From Phoronis australis (lineage: Eukaryota > Animalia > Phoronida): DNA of 54,061 nucleotides. The notes under the pieces were generated by a model that was not told the DNA's origin, searched no databases, and was given only the letters and a program-made list of their open reading frames with translations. The position numbers and the translations under genes are program-made. Shown one piece after another: positions 25,593 through 36,128 of the stretch. The stretch is from the NCBI GenBank assembly GCA_002633005.1, contig NMRA01000688.1, positions 74,363 through 128,423 on the forward strand. Reading direction: 5' to 3'. Numbering within the stretch: position 1 is the stretch's first letter; every line of letters starts with the position of its first letter.

Positions 25593-26744
25593 CTGTATTC
25601 GCCCTAATAAGCGACCATGCCCCTATAACTGCCCCATATGCGTTTTCAGACTTTGATAAAATAAGCGCCCAGTCCATGAACGCCGTGTTCATGCGAAAAA
25701 CGCCTGACCTACAGTTCCAAAATTGAACAGTAAGATCAGACAGTCCTGAAAAAAATCATCGTGCGTGGAATTTGCATACCACGAGCCTCGCCGCTATGTT
25801 GGTATTTAGCCATTACTATACAATTCAAACTTTCACTGGGCTTCAAAAAGAATGCAAATTAAAGTTTTGCTAATCTTGGGAAGTAGCCTATTATGGTCTG
25901 GTCTTTTGGAACAGACGCAGCGTATTTGACAACGGAATTATATTGTTTCTTTCCCGTACAGATCTCCTTCAACAGGAATCCAAATTTCTTTGAATATGTG
26001 AAAACCGCGAATTGAAGACTAAACTTGACCTTTGTTAAAAGCACGTGGTCAGGAAGCACGCGCTACACAAGTACCTGTCATCAAAGATTAGTCTTCGGGA
26101 ACTGTCTATGCACAAAACAGTTAGCAACAGCATCGGCAAGATATAAATAAAGGCACTTATTTCCAAAATTTCTAATACCGTAAAAAAGCGTTTGCATTAT
26201 TTTAGGAGGAATTAATAAATTAATCATAATTGGTGTTTTTAAAGTCAAAATGACCCACTGATAGTGAACACTTCTGCACCTTTACACCCCCTGAATCTCC
26301 CGAAAATAACCACTAGACTGTCACGCATCCAGTCACCCCGCGACTCAATATCAGCCTAACCGAGACGAGCCTCGAAGGTTTTTTAGCAGATCAGATCAAC
26401 AAGTACTAAATAAAATGCATTCTGCTTTACTGCTTGTGTTAATTTCTTTAGTTACAATGCACACCTAGATCATAACGTCCCGTTTACTCTGGCAAATGAA
26501 CTCCGATTGACACGCAGGCGCTCGCTCTCACACACGCAGACGAACTTCAGTTAACATTAGCATCACGTGACAACAACGTGTGTTCGTCCAGAGATTTTTC
26601 TCTTGTTGCGGAGTATGGTCTAGCGCAGATTTGGACTTAATGTGCAGTTAATCTTAGGTTTGAACTGCCTTGGGCTATAATTAGCGCCTCCTTCCTGAAG
26701 CGAATTTTCTAAGCGCCCGGGGCGCTTATTTAGGGTGAATACGG
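25593..26744 (-). mobile_element. Tc1/mariner (pogo-like) MITE, copy 2 (inverted relative to copy 1)
   Basis: TA|CTGTATTCGCcctaataagcg ... gcgcttatttagggtGAATACGG|TA. It shares gttcatggactgggcgcttatt and other blocks with copy 1. Confidence 0.85.
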
Positions 26745-27704
26745 TAGATTGCACATCTTGATTTAAGTAACTGTTATTAAAGCCTGGGCCTATTTTCAAG
26801 ACTTTCAGTTTTCCATGATAGCAAGTAGCAGTATATGTTGATAAAACAATGATGGATTTAAACCGGTTTGATATATTTTGGCATTTATTAAAACAGTGGC
26901 CACCTTGCCAGGCCCGACATCATGTAATGATACACAGACACAGTCAGTCACAGTGGAGTAGCAGTAGACTGGACTAACAATAACAACATGTGTTAGGTTG
27001 CTATTCACTGGTCCTGACAAGAGTGTTCACCTGCATTGCATTTAGTTAAGTAAATATTGTGAGTGACAACAAGTTAACAGAAAAAAAATTTGTTTTCATG
27101 GCATGTTTCATTTGAGTTGTGAAACTGAAGCCAGGGGTCACTTTCTGTTGCTTTTGTTGTCATTTTTTGTTTCTGAAACTTTATTTATCACCAGGGTTGG
27201 TAAACCAGACATGAAACTGTTTTCAACACAGAAACGAAGACAATACAACACAGGCATACACCCACACAAGCACGTGATTTGTAGTTTTTTGTTTATAATG
27301 TATCTGTCCTTGTATCATACATCAAGTAGAAAATAAATCCGAAACTAATAGAGGCGATCCGGATCATCTAAAGAATACACTTGTGTTTCAAAAAGTAGAA
27401 TGTAAATAAAACAAAAATGGATCACTGAAATTTTTGAATATTTTCTACATGTTATTAGGTAAATGGTATTGTTGGTAGTGCAGTTTTATTTCCATTCAAT
27501 ATGTAGGACAAACTCAACATCTACGAACTCAGTTTCGTTATCATAGATTTAACATAATATATAAAAACATTTCTGATACTATAGGTAATCATTTCAATTC
27601 CAAAAAACATATTAATCTACAATATCTTTCTGTACAAATAATAGAGAAACTCCAATACCCTGGTACCCCTCGCAGACTCAAAAGAGAACAATTATGGATA
27701 AATG

Positions 27705-27838
27705 TAGATTATTACATGGCGAAGTCGTTATCCCCATATTCTAGAGCCCGAGTGGATTTTGGATAATTCTCCAAAGTCCACATTGTAGGGCACTAGATAA
27801 GGGGGATAACGACTAAGAACAGTCATGTAATAAATCTA
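27705..27838. repeat. ~134-bp imperfect palindrome (fold-back)
   Basis: The arm tagattattacatggc..agtcgttatcccc..ctagagccc..gtggattttgga pairs with tccaaagtccac..gggcactag..ggggataacgact..catgtaataaatcta around a 6-nt loop. Confidence 0.85.
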
Positions 27839-29199
27839 TTTATTCCACATACTGAATGAGAAACATTGCAATGAATCAATCTTCCTTTCTTGACTGGCCT
27901 CGGCTTAGTAACTACTTTCTATGTCAGAGGCCCGGGGTCGGAGGTCGTGACCTTTTAAGAAAAGTCGAGCTATTTTTGTCAAATAATGCTTTTACTTGAC
28001 AAAACCAATTGAAAATTTAAACAAAATAGAAATAAAGTGAATCTATAAAATTAGGTTTAGCAACTATTATAGCTTACTACACATTTTATCATGCTGAGCT
28101 TTGACCGTGAAAATATTGTCTGCTAAAGTAGGTTACCACTGGTAACTGAGTATAATGCTCAAGTCAAAGGATCTCCACACGATACCCGCATTCAAATTAA
28201 GATTTCGGTGATTTTTAAGTGAGAGAACATGAGGAAAAACTTTCAGTCAGAATTAAAATATCGTTTATGGAAATTATGAGTCTTATTGTTCATAGTGTAT
28301 AACTGGGGGTACAATGCCCTTTGTTAAACATGCGAGGCTAATACTGTATAAATAAACTTAACACACTTGAACCTAATGGATTGAACAAAAGACTTTTAAA
28401 TTATATCCTTTACTTTTTTCTGCAAAAATTTATCATGCTCATTTCGCCATATATCAGATGTCAATTGTCATAGTGTTTGATTTTACTTTATTTGTGTTTA
28501 TGTTGATGAAGGATGTTATTATATCCGAAAATTTCAGTGATCCATTTTTGTTGTTTTATTTACGTATATTCATAAGGTACATGTCGTGTGATGGGAGTTG
28601 GTTCTCATTCACTGAGTATTTCTTCACCAGAACGGATCTCACTAGAAATTTGAAACCAAACTACCGCTTCTTTTTCATTGTGAAATGTTCCTTTCACAGT
28701 TAAGGGGACTTTTTTCAAATGAGACTTTCTTATTTAGTCTCAAAATGAACGTAATGGTTCCGCACTTTTTTATATCCACTTTAGGCCATAAAAATGGTTT
28801 GAAACAAATCTATACCTTACCCTAAACATGTTTACAATGTTTCTTTTTATTTCCTCAATTAGCATTTTCTTAATTAGCAGCTCAATTTTGCCATGCGGAA
28901 TATTCCGCAGATTTTGCGGAATATATGCAGACTGCAGAATATTACGCACCTACAGAATGCTGCGCAAGTTTTGCAGAATTCTGTGCAATTGCGGAATATT
29001 ATGTATATTTTGTGGAATTTCTGAGTATATTGGACCAGTAGAAGCTTTACGAATGACAAAAACAAGTTTTGCCATTTTTTTTAACTAATAACATTTATTG
29101 CACACGCTTTTCACCAAAAACAACAAATTTACTTTTCTCATCTGCAGTTTCTTTTTAAAGAGGAAAACCTGACCATCTTTAGAGAAATATGTCTCCTAA

Positions 29200-30030
29200 T
29201 CCGGTTTTACAATAATTATATTTTTTCGAATAAAAAATAAATCTCTAATTCTTTTTTGAAAAGTGTTATGGATGGAGTCTCTACTTTCAGCTTTCTACAG
29301 TATATATGCTTTTTGGCCAAAAGAATGATAAGATTTAATAATTCATTCGCTTTCCCAATTTAACCTAATATAACAGTCTGAAAATCTATCGATATATCAA
29401 CATTTTTTGCGTGAATATGATATTCGCCTATTCTTTTCTTAAAAGGCTTAACAAAAGTAAAACTCCAAAATAAATGTTCTAGATTTTCAGGTTCATTCGT
29501 GCAAAAGGTACAATGGCCAGTTGGAGAAATACCAATTCTCATCAAAATTGAAATTGTTTGTTGCTAAAATTCTATGAACAATTCTCATTTGAAACCATCG
29601 TGTCTAACATTTTAACGGTAAATACAAAAAACAGAAGTTTGAAAACATAACTTTGATTGGGTCATTGATCTTGCAAAACCAAAAGTATTTTCCCATTTTT
29701 CTAATCCTTTTGGTTTTTGAAACAAAGTTGTCAGAAGAATATCATATATATCACGAGTACCTGTCGAATTTTTCGCTAAAATTTTCCAGAGTTTCCAACT
29801 GGTTGAGACACTTTTGCATTTGAAAACGATGTACTTATGAAAGTTAACTTCAAGCAATTTTTCAGTCCGCAATAAAGTGTAAAAAAGGTTTAAAACCAAC
29901 TTTGTCTGCAAAACTGTTGTATGACAAGAAATTTCCTTTTTGTCATATAAATCACTTAAGAATCTCACACCTTTTTTATTCCAAGTAGGGTAAAATATTG
30001 GTAAGTTTTGCCAATTTTATATTTATTGTT
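29200..30030 (-). mobile_element. L1/Tx1-like LINE ORF2 3' relic with zf-RVT motif
   Basis: PIFYPTWNKKGVRFLSDLYD, WFQMRIVHRILATN and GHCTFCTNEPENLEHLFW, with frameshifts. A partial second copy lies at ~30901-31190. Confidence 0.8.
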
Positions 30031-30240
30031 ATACTAAAGCACTTCTTTACTGCTCTAAAGTTTCAAATCGAACATTAATTTATTGTTAAAAATCAATGTG
30101 ACAGTAGCAGGCAGATAGATCAACTTCACCAATACTGACTGAGCATTGTCTATATGCATTAACAGACTATAATACTGTACTTATTATGAGTTGCTGCTTT
30201 AACGATTACCTTTGTATGCTAGACTTTTTTCTTTTTGCAG

Positions 30241-30750
30241 GCAGCAGAAGCAGTTCACCTCCAACATTACAGTCAGGGAGAGGGTGAAAGTCGTCACATA
30301 GTCATCGCCAAAGTCTCCCAAAACATCTACAGATATGACAGTGAGCAGACAGGTAGTGAACGTAAGGTGCTAGGGAAACCAGCTGATACAGCTGTTCCTG
30401 GTATGAAAAACACGGAATGTCGCAGTCAGGAATTCTCAAGAAATATCCACACTGGTGTGACCAATGCTTTTCAAGCACTACTTCTGCCGGACGACACTGG
30501 CTACTCATCCAAAGTTGTAACAAAAGATGAGAGCTACTTAGGTGACCAAGACCATCAAAATAAAAGTAAAGAAGAGGTTGGTACAAAGACATGCACCATT
30601 TGTGGAAAACAAGTTCCTGAGCAAAATATAGAGCTGCATACATTGCGATGCGCAAAATTAAGAAACTCCTCTGTAGATAAAGGTCCACCTGTCACCTCTG
30701 TGGTGCCAACTGAGGCAAAAAAGAAAAAGAAAAAATCTAAACCTGTCAAT
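30241..30750 (+). other. IGHMBP2: Truncated duplicate of the IGHMBP2 terminal exon (probable haplotype/assembly duplication)
   Basis: The translation is identical to 31402-31911 and breaks off exactly at the single N at 30751. The upstream ~500 bp is also duplicated with a few substitutions. Confidence 0.75.
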
Positions 30751-31401
30751 NAGCTCGTTACCAGAGATGAAAGGAGACTGATGTAGGCGATATAAGGTCA
30801 TTTATTATGACTAGTACAATTACAATAAAATGAATACGGGTAAATAAGTATAATAGGTAATCTCTGGTAAGATGGGCAATAAAAAGCGCCGGCCACGTGG
30901 AATCATATATATCACGAGTACCTGTCGAATTTTTCGCCAAAATTTTCCAGAGTTTCCAACTGGTTGAGACACTTTTGCATTTGAAAACGATGTACCTATG
31001 AAAGTTAACTTCAAGCAATTTTTCAGTCCGCAATAAAGTGTAGAAACAGTTTAAAACCAACTTTGTCTGCAAAACTGTTATATGACAAGAAATTTCCTTT
31101 TAGTCATATAAATCACTTAAGAATCTCACACCTTTTTTATTCCAAGTAGGGTAAAATATTGGTAAGTTTTGCCAATTTTATATTTATTGTTATACTAAAG
31201 CACTTCTTTACTGCTCTAAAGTTTCAAATCGAACAATAATTTATTGTTAAAAATCAATGTGACAGTAGCAGGCAGATAGATCAACTCCACCAATACTGAC
31301 TGAGCATTGTCTATATGCATTAACAGACTATAATACTGTACTTATTATGAGTTGCTGCTTTAACGATTACCTTTGTATGCTAGACTTTTTTCTTTTTGCA
31401 G

Positions 31402-32280
31402 GCAGCAGAAGCAGTTCACCTCCAACATTACAGTCAGGGAGAGGGTGAAAGTCGTCACATAGTCATCGCCAAAGTCTCCCAAAACATCTACAGATATGAC
31501 AGTGAGCAGACAGGTAGTGAACGTAAGGTGCTAGGGAAACCAGCTGATACAGCTGTTCCTGGTATGAAAAACACGGAATGTCGCAGTCAGGAATTCTCAA
31601 GAAATATCCACACTGGTGTGACCAATGCTTTTCAAGCACTACTTCTGCCGGACGACACTGGCTACTCATCCAAAGTTGTAACAAAAGATGAGAGCTACTT
31701 AGGTGACCAAGACCATCAAAATAAAAGTAAAGAAGAGGTTGGTACAAAGACATGCACCATTTGTGGAAAACAAGTTCCTGAGCAAAATATAGAGCTGCAT
31801 ACATTGCGATGCGCAAAATTAAGAAACTCCTCTGTAGATAAAGGTCCACCTGTCACCTCTGTGGTGCCAACTGAGGCAAAAAAGAAAAAGAAAAAATCTA
31901 AACCTGTCAATGCTACTGCAGCTTTACAGGACACATCTGCCGATGACTTTGATGCACTTATTGCTGAAGCTTCAAAACTGAACAGTAAGTGCAACTTTCC
32001 AAAGTGCAAGATGAATGTTCTAACACTGGGGATGAACTGTGAGTTCTGTGCACAACGCTTTTGTCTGAGCCATCACATTCCGGAGGTTCACGGTTGTGGC
32101 GACATGGCACGTGACGAGGCACGTCGCCGTATCAGCAGAGAGGGTGTCCTGTACAGTGGCAGTGGTAAAAAGAACTTCAAACCAGACCCCACGAGGAGAG
32201 GACACTTGCAGAGGAAACTGGACAAGAAAGTAGACGAGTTGGCAGACCAAAGAAAAAGAAAACAAAAAGAAAACAGGTGA
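31402..32280 (+). CDS. IGHMBP2: DNA-binding protein SMUBP-2 / IGHMBP2, terminal coding exon (end of R3H, Lys-rich NLS, AN1 zinc finger)
   Basis: Acceptor ttttttctttttgCAG|GCA (phase 0). LQHYSQGEGESRHIVIAK is the R3H end, followed by KKKKKK, CNFPKC...CEFCAQRFCLSHHIPEVHGC (AN1) and ARRRISREGVL...LQRKLDKK, matching the known IGHMBP2 C-terminus. Upstream exons were not found in the window. Confidence 0.92.
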   Translation, partial: AAEAVHLQHYSQGEGESRHIVIAKVSQNIYRYDSEQTGSERKVLGKPADTAVPGMKNTECRSQEFSRNIHTGVTNAFQALLLPDDTGYSSKVVTKDESYLGDQDHQNKSKEEVGTKTCTICGKQVPEQNIELHTLRCAKLRNSSVDKGPPVTSVVPTEAKKKKKKSKPVNATAALQDTSADDFDALIAEASKLNSKCNFPKCKMNVLTLGMNCEFCAQRFCLSHHIPEVHGCGDMARDEARRRISREGVLYSGSGKKNFKPDPTRRGHLQRKLDKKVDELADQRKRKQKENR

Positions 32281-33149
32281 TAGCTGTTACTGGTATTTTA
32301 ATTGGTATTTTGTCAATTACAGTTGTAACATTACTGTGATAATTCTGTTCTGTTACCTGTTGGTCTAAGGCTAAGCCTTGACCATGTGCTGCCCTAATTA
32401 ATGGCTTGTATTTGTCAACAACATTGGCATAAAGTTTAAAATGCAGGTTGTGTCCTTAAAGACAGACACATAAATTATTTCCCAGCAACCACTTTGCTCA
32501 GATTTTTGAGAGTCATTCGGTGACAAGCAGAAAATATTTTACAATCCATGTCAAATGCTGCTTGTGTCAAAGAAATAGACTCTTTGAGCATTGTGTTACC
32601 AATAAACTCGTACTTTTTGATATTCACTGGAACAAAACTCGAGTTGAGAGAAAATTTTGTTGTGGTTAATTTTAGCACTATTGATCTTTGTTTAGATTCT
32701 TTGTGTTCACTATAGCTTGTCATATGTTGTCAAAATGTTTAATATTTAAAAGTTTTGCTTCCGTTTATCTGCTTTGCAAAGGGGAGCATATAGCTTTGCA
32801 CAGTGTGGTCAGTGTGTGGGTTCATACCCTAAACATTGTTTGGTCAAAAATTAAGAGCTGCAATAGCTAAAGGTATTTTCAGGCTTCTTCCAGAGTGTTC
32901 TGGCTCAGTGTAGGCGTATATATGAGAAAATAAGTTAAACAAACTTAGGGTACAAACAAACAAAACCAGAAGACTAGGAAATGCAGTACTCAAACCAAAA
33001 GGCAAATGCAGTTAAAATGTATATTTACATCATGAAAACCTCGATACATAAAAGCTGATGACCAATACACCTGCACTGTGTGCAGGTCAATGACAACGAA
33101 TTAGGGGGTACAACATATGGGGTAATTACAAATGCACACAACTAGCCAG

Positions 33150-34800
33150 ACATATCCAACCAGAATCATTGACATGTAGAGACATCTGGTGGCATTTGGA
33201 GCACTTTTCACATGTAAATTGATTACAACAGCCCTTAATTTGGAGACATTACCACGTTCAAAAGAATTGAGACACATTTTTCTCCGTGATAAATTCGTGT
33301 TTCTCATGAGGCAAAGTGACAAATGACACGCATTTGTCCTTGTCATGATTCGATAAACTGTAGTGAAACAATGTAGAGTTGGGCTTCAAAGATGACAGCA
33401 GCGTTATTGACCAAACTGTTGTTATTACCACTCCGTCTCGTTTTTGTTTAACATAGCAGTTCTTTCCAAGAATAGGGTCATTGGCAGTCTCAGCAGCATC
33501 TACGATTCTCACTAGGTTAGCAAATGTCACCTATTTTCGCAGGTCATCTCTATTGACAAAATCACACCACATGTTTTGTAGGTAACTATGCATTTTGTGT
33601 TCCACTTCTTGCGAATTTGGCAAATAACTCAGTACACACAGTTGGTCTATTTTTGACATAACTTGTAAACACTGATTCAAAACATAGAGTAGCCTTTAAT
33701 GGCATGACAATTGTCAGACTTGATCACGACCCATGAATGGAGTTTCTCTAGGAACGTTAAAGTGATTCTGTTGGAATCCCCGTACTCAGCCTTCAGTATC
33801 CACCTTGCTTCTTGATGGCCTGTCTCAGGCTGCATGAATCTACATCCTTCAATGAGCTCTTTACAAATCCAAGCAATAAGGTCAGTTTGAGTCGGTAGCA
33901 GTCGGACACAATCTGTGAGTCGAAAGTCATCTCAAGGATCGCCAGAAAAGTTACTGATACTTTGCTGTGGAAGACGAAGCGTAGTCAGCATATGCACTAT
34001 TTCTTTGTTCAGTTTTTCGGCTGGCAAACCAATGGTTGTTTAGGCTTTCCAGAGACTAAGGACGATGAGCTCGAAAGGTTTAACTCAACAGGACTAGACT
34101 TAGAAGCACTGGACGCTCTCTTTCAGCACTTCCTCTTTGGCCCTAGCCTTTGCCAGTCGACTTTCCAAGGTGGACAACTTGCTGTGTTCCCTGGCCTCGT
34201 GTTCTGCAATACACCTTCTGTAATTCGATTTCAGTCTTCAGGGATTTCTTTACAGCCGCGGTCACTAGCTCTGCGCATTCATTGCGATCTTCAGTTTTAT
34301 TTCACTTGGGCTGTCCCATGTGCATTTAGAACCAGTAGATGGCAATGAATACTTCGATGATTTCTTGAAGGATTTTGTTCAAACAGACACCTGGGATGCC
34401 AAGCAAAGGCTGTCTTGCAGCAACAGTACAGTCTCGCTGACACATCTTTTCATGGTGTCCTCGAATTCTTGGAAAGTTTGCATTTGGTTATCATGTTTGA
34501 AGTTAGCAATTTATGCTCAGACTTGGAAGTTACTTGGACCGATGCATGTTTCTGTTTGGCTTCAGTTAACTCTTCCTCAGCAACAACGCTGGCGCCACCT
34601 GTTGATGACGTGACAAACATTAGACACCCGTACCACAGGTAACACACATAAGTTCGCACCTGTATTCACAATTGAACTATGCCGTTGAACTCCTGCATCC
34701 GATTGCGCGACCTTTCATGATTTATTAAATGTTCTGGCACAGTGTTGGTGCATAAATGACGAGTGCATTCACGACGGTTTATCCTCATTGCTCTCTTCTG
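33150..34800 (-). mobile_element. BEL/Pao LTR retrotransposon gag relic
   Basis: Manual translation gives KELIEGCRFMQPETGHQEARWILKAEYGDSNRITLTFLEKLHSWVVIKSD and TFANLVRIVDAAETANDPILG, DUF1759-type gag motifs, with multiple stops. Boundaries are approximate and no LTRs were identified. Confidence 0.7.
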
Positions 34801-34869
34801 AAACTTAGGATTTGGTTATTCATGTGGATAATCAGATGGAAATTGTAACAAATTAACCGGGACAGAAAT

Positions 34870-35390
34870 GCAGACATTAGATTTCCAGTCTTCTCCCTGG
34901 TGGCAATTTTAATTTGTAATGTTTACCTGTATATTCAAAGGTCCTCAATGGATTTTCATAAAATTTGGAATATAGACATCTATTGGTGAGATGATGCTAT
35001 CTTGCCGTTTTCGGGGTATTTTGCGCCATCTAGTGGCAATTTTTGCTGTTTTTGAGTCTGTTTTTAGCGTCCACCTCTTAATCAACCAAACCATTCTAAG
35101 GATGATTTTGAAAATTTACGTATATTATGTTCTCAGTGTGGTGAGGGCAGTTGACGATGACTTCAAATACTGTGGCGCCTCCTAGTGGTAGTTTTGTTTT
35201 GCGCCCATATCTCCTAAACCCACTACAGTATGTTAATCAAACTTAGTAAGTGTATTTATGTGAAGCTAACAATAGACAACTTTCTGCTGGACGCTTTGCC
35301 CCCTTGTGGCAATTTCTTTTTTTTTCCTTTGTTTCTCTCAAGCTCCTTGACAGATTTTTATGAAATTTTGTAAATAGCTTATTAAAGAAG
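34870..35390 (+). mobile_element. Helentron/HINE-like repeat, partial copy
   Basis: Collinear with 5880-6400 (gagatgatgctatc, ttgagtctgtttt, gtggcgcctcctagtgg). Confidence 0.75.
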
Positions 35391-35826
35391 CGATGACATG
35401 GTGTTATTGTTTTTCTTTTATTTTTCTGTTCGCAAATAATTGTATGACATGTCTGTTTGTAATAAATTTTATGGAAATCATTGTGTTCTTGAAGTTCTCT
35501 TCAGTTGAGCAAATGTCAAAATTGTACAAAAGTCCACAACTCTTCCTTGTGCCTGCAATTTAAGATCATGCTTTCAATGACTTTTAAAATATCCAAGTCT
35601 ACGGTTGTTATTCGGCCTTTAAAACTGTTATTGCTGGATGAATTTATGTAAAGCTATCTCCAGAAAGGCTCGACATTTTTGACAACTGAGTTTTCCAATA
35701 TCAAATTGTTCTAGGGTGATAACCATAATAATGGCCAATGTCACTATTTACTGCTGGGTGTGTTGAATGCTAGTGAAAGGAAAATGCAATTTCATGATCA
35801 GAAAATAGATGAAATTATTTAGAAAT

Positions 35827-35832
35827 TTTATT
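35827..35832 (-). promoter_or_regulatory. Candidate poly(A) signal of POMP
   Basis: AATAAA on the minus strand, ~230 nt after the POMP stop codon. Confidence 0.45.
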
Positions 35833-36060
35833 ATCGTTTTTTCACAACAACAAATTGAGTTTAAAAATTTAAACAGACACTTAGCAGTTGGCTTGTATGA
35901 ACATCATAGTTACTCCACTCATTTGTAGATTGTGCCAACGTTGCATTCTCCATATACAGTGCACAGGTTTTTACTTGGCACTGACGCACATGTCCATGTC
36001 ACTCTTGCAGTGAGAAAGTTCAAGGTGTTTGCATACCGCTGCCACAAGACAGACGTTTCT

Positions 36061-36128
36061 TTACAGAAGTCCTTGCCGTTTCTCATAAATAGCGTGAGGT
36101 TGACCCATAATCTCTGACTCTTCTGGGC
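36061..36128 (-). CDS. POMP: POMP exon 6 (terminal)
   Basis: tgttgtttCAG|gc cca gaa...ctt ctg TAA, encoding (S)PEESEIMGQPHAIYEKRQGLL*. Confidence 0.92.

Noticed and set aside
31396-31401. ORF-track start (TTG) for the IGHMBP2 ORF
   Set aside because: It is part of the splice acceptor (ttgcag). The exon starts at 31402.
30302-32265. Minus-strand ORFs overlapping the IGHMBP2 exon copies
   Set aside because: They are antisense shadows of a real coding exon. The same applies to 48772-49227 and 49528-49776 over ZFYVE19.
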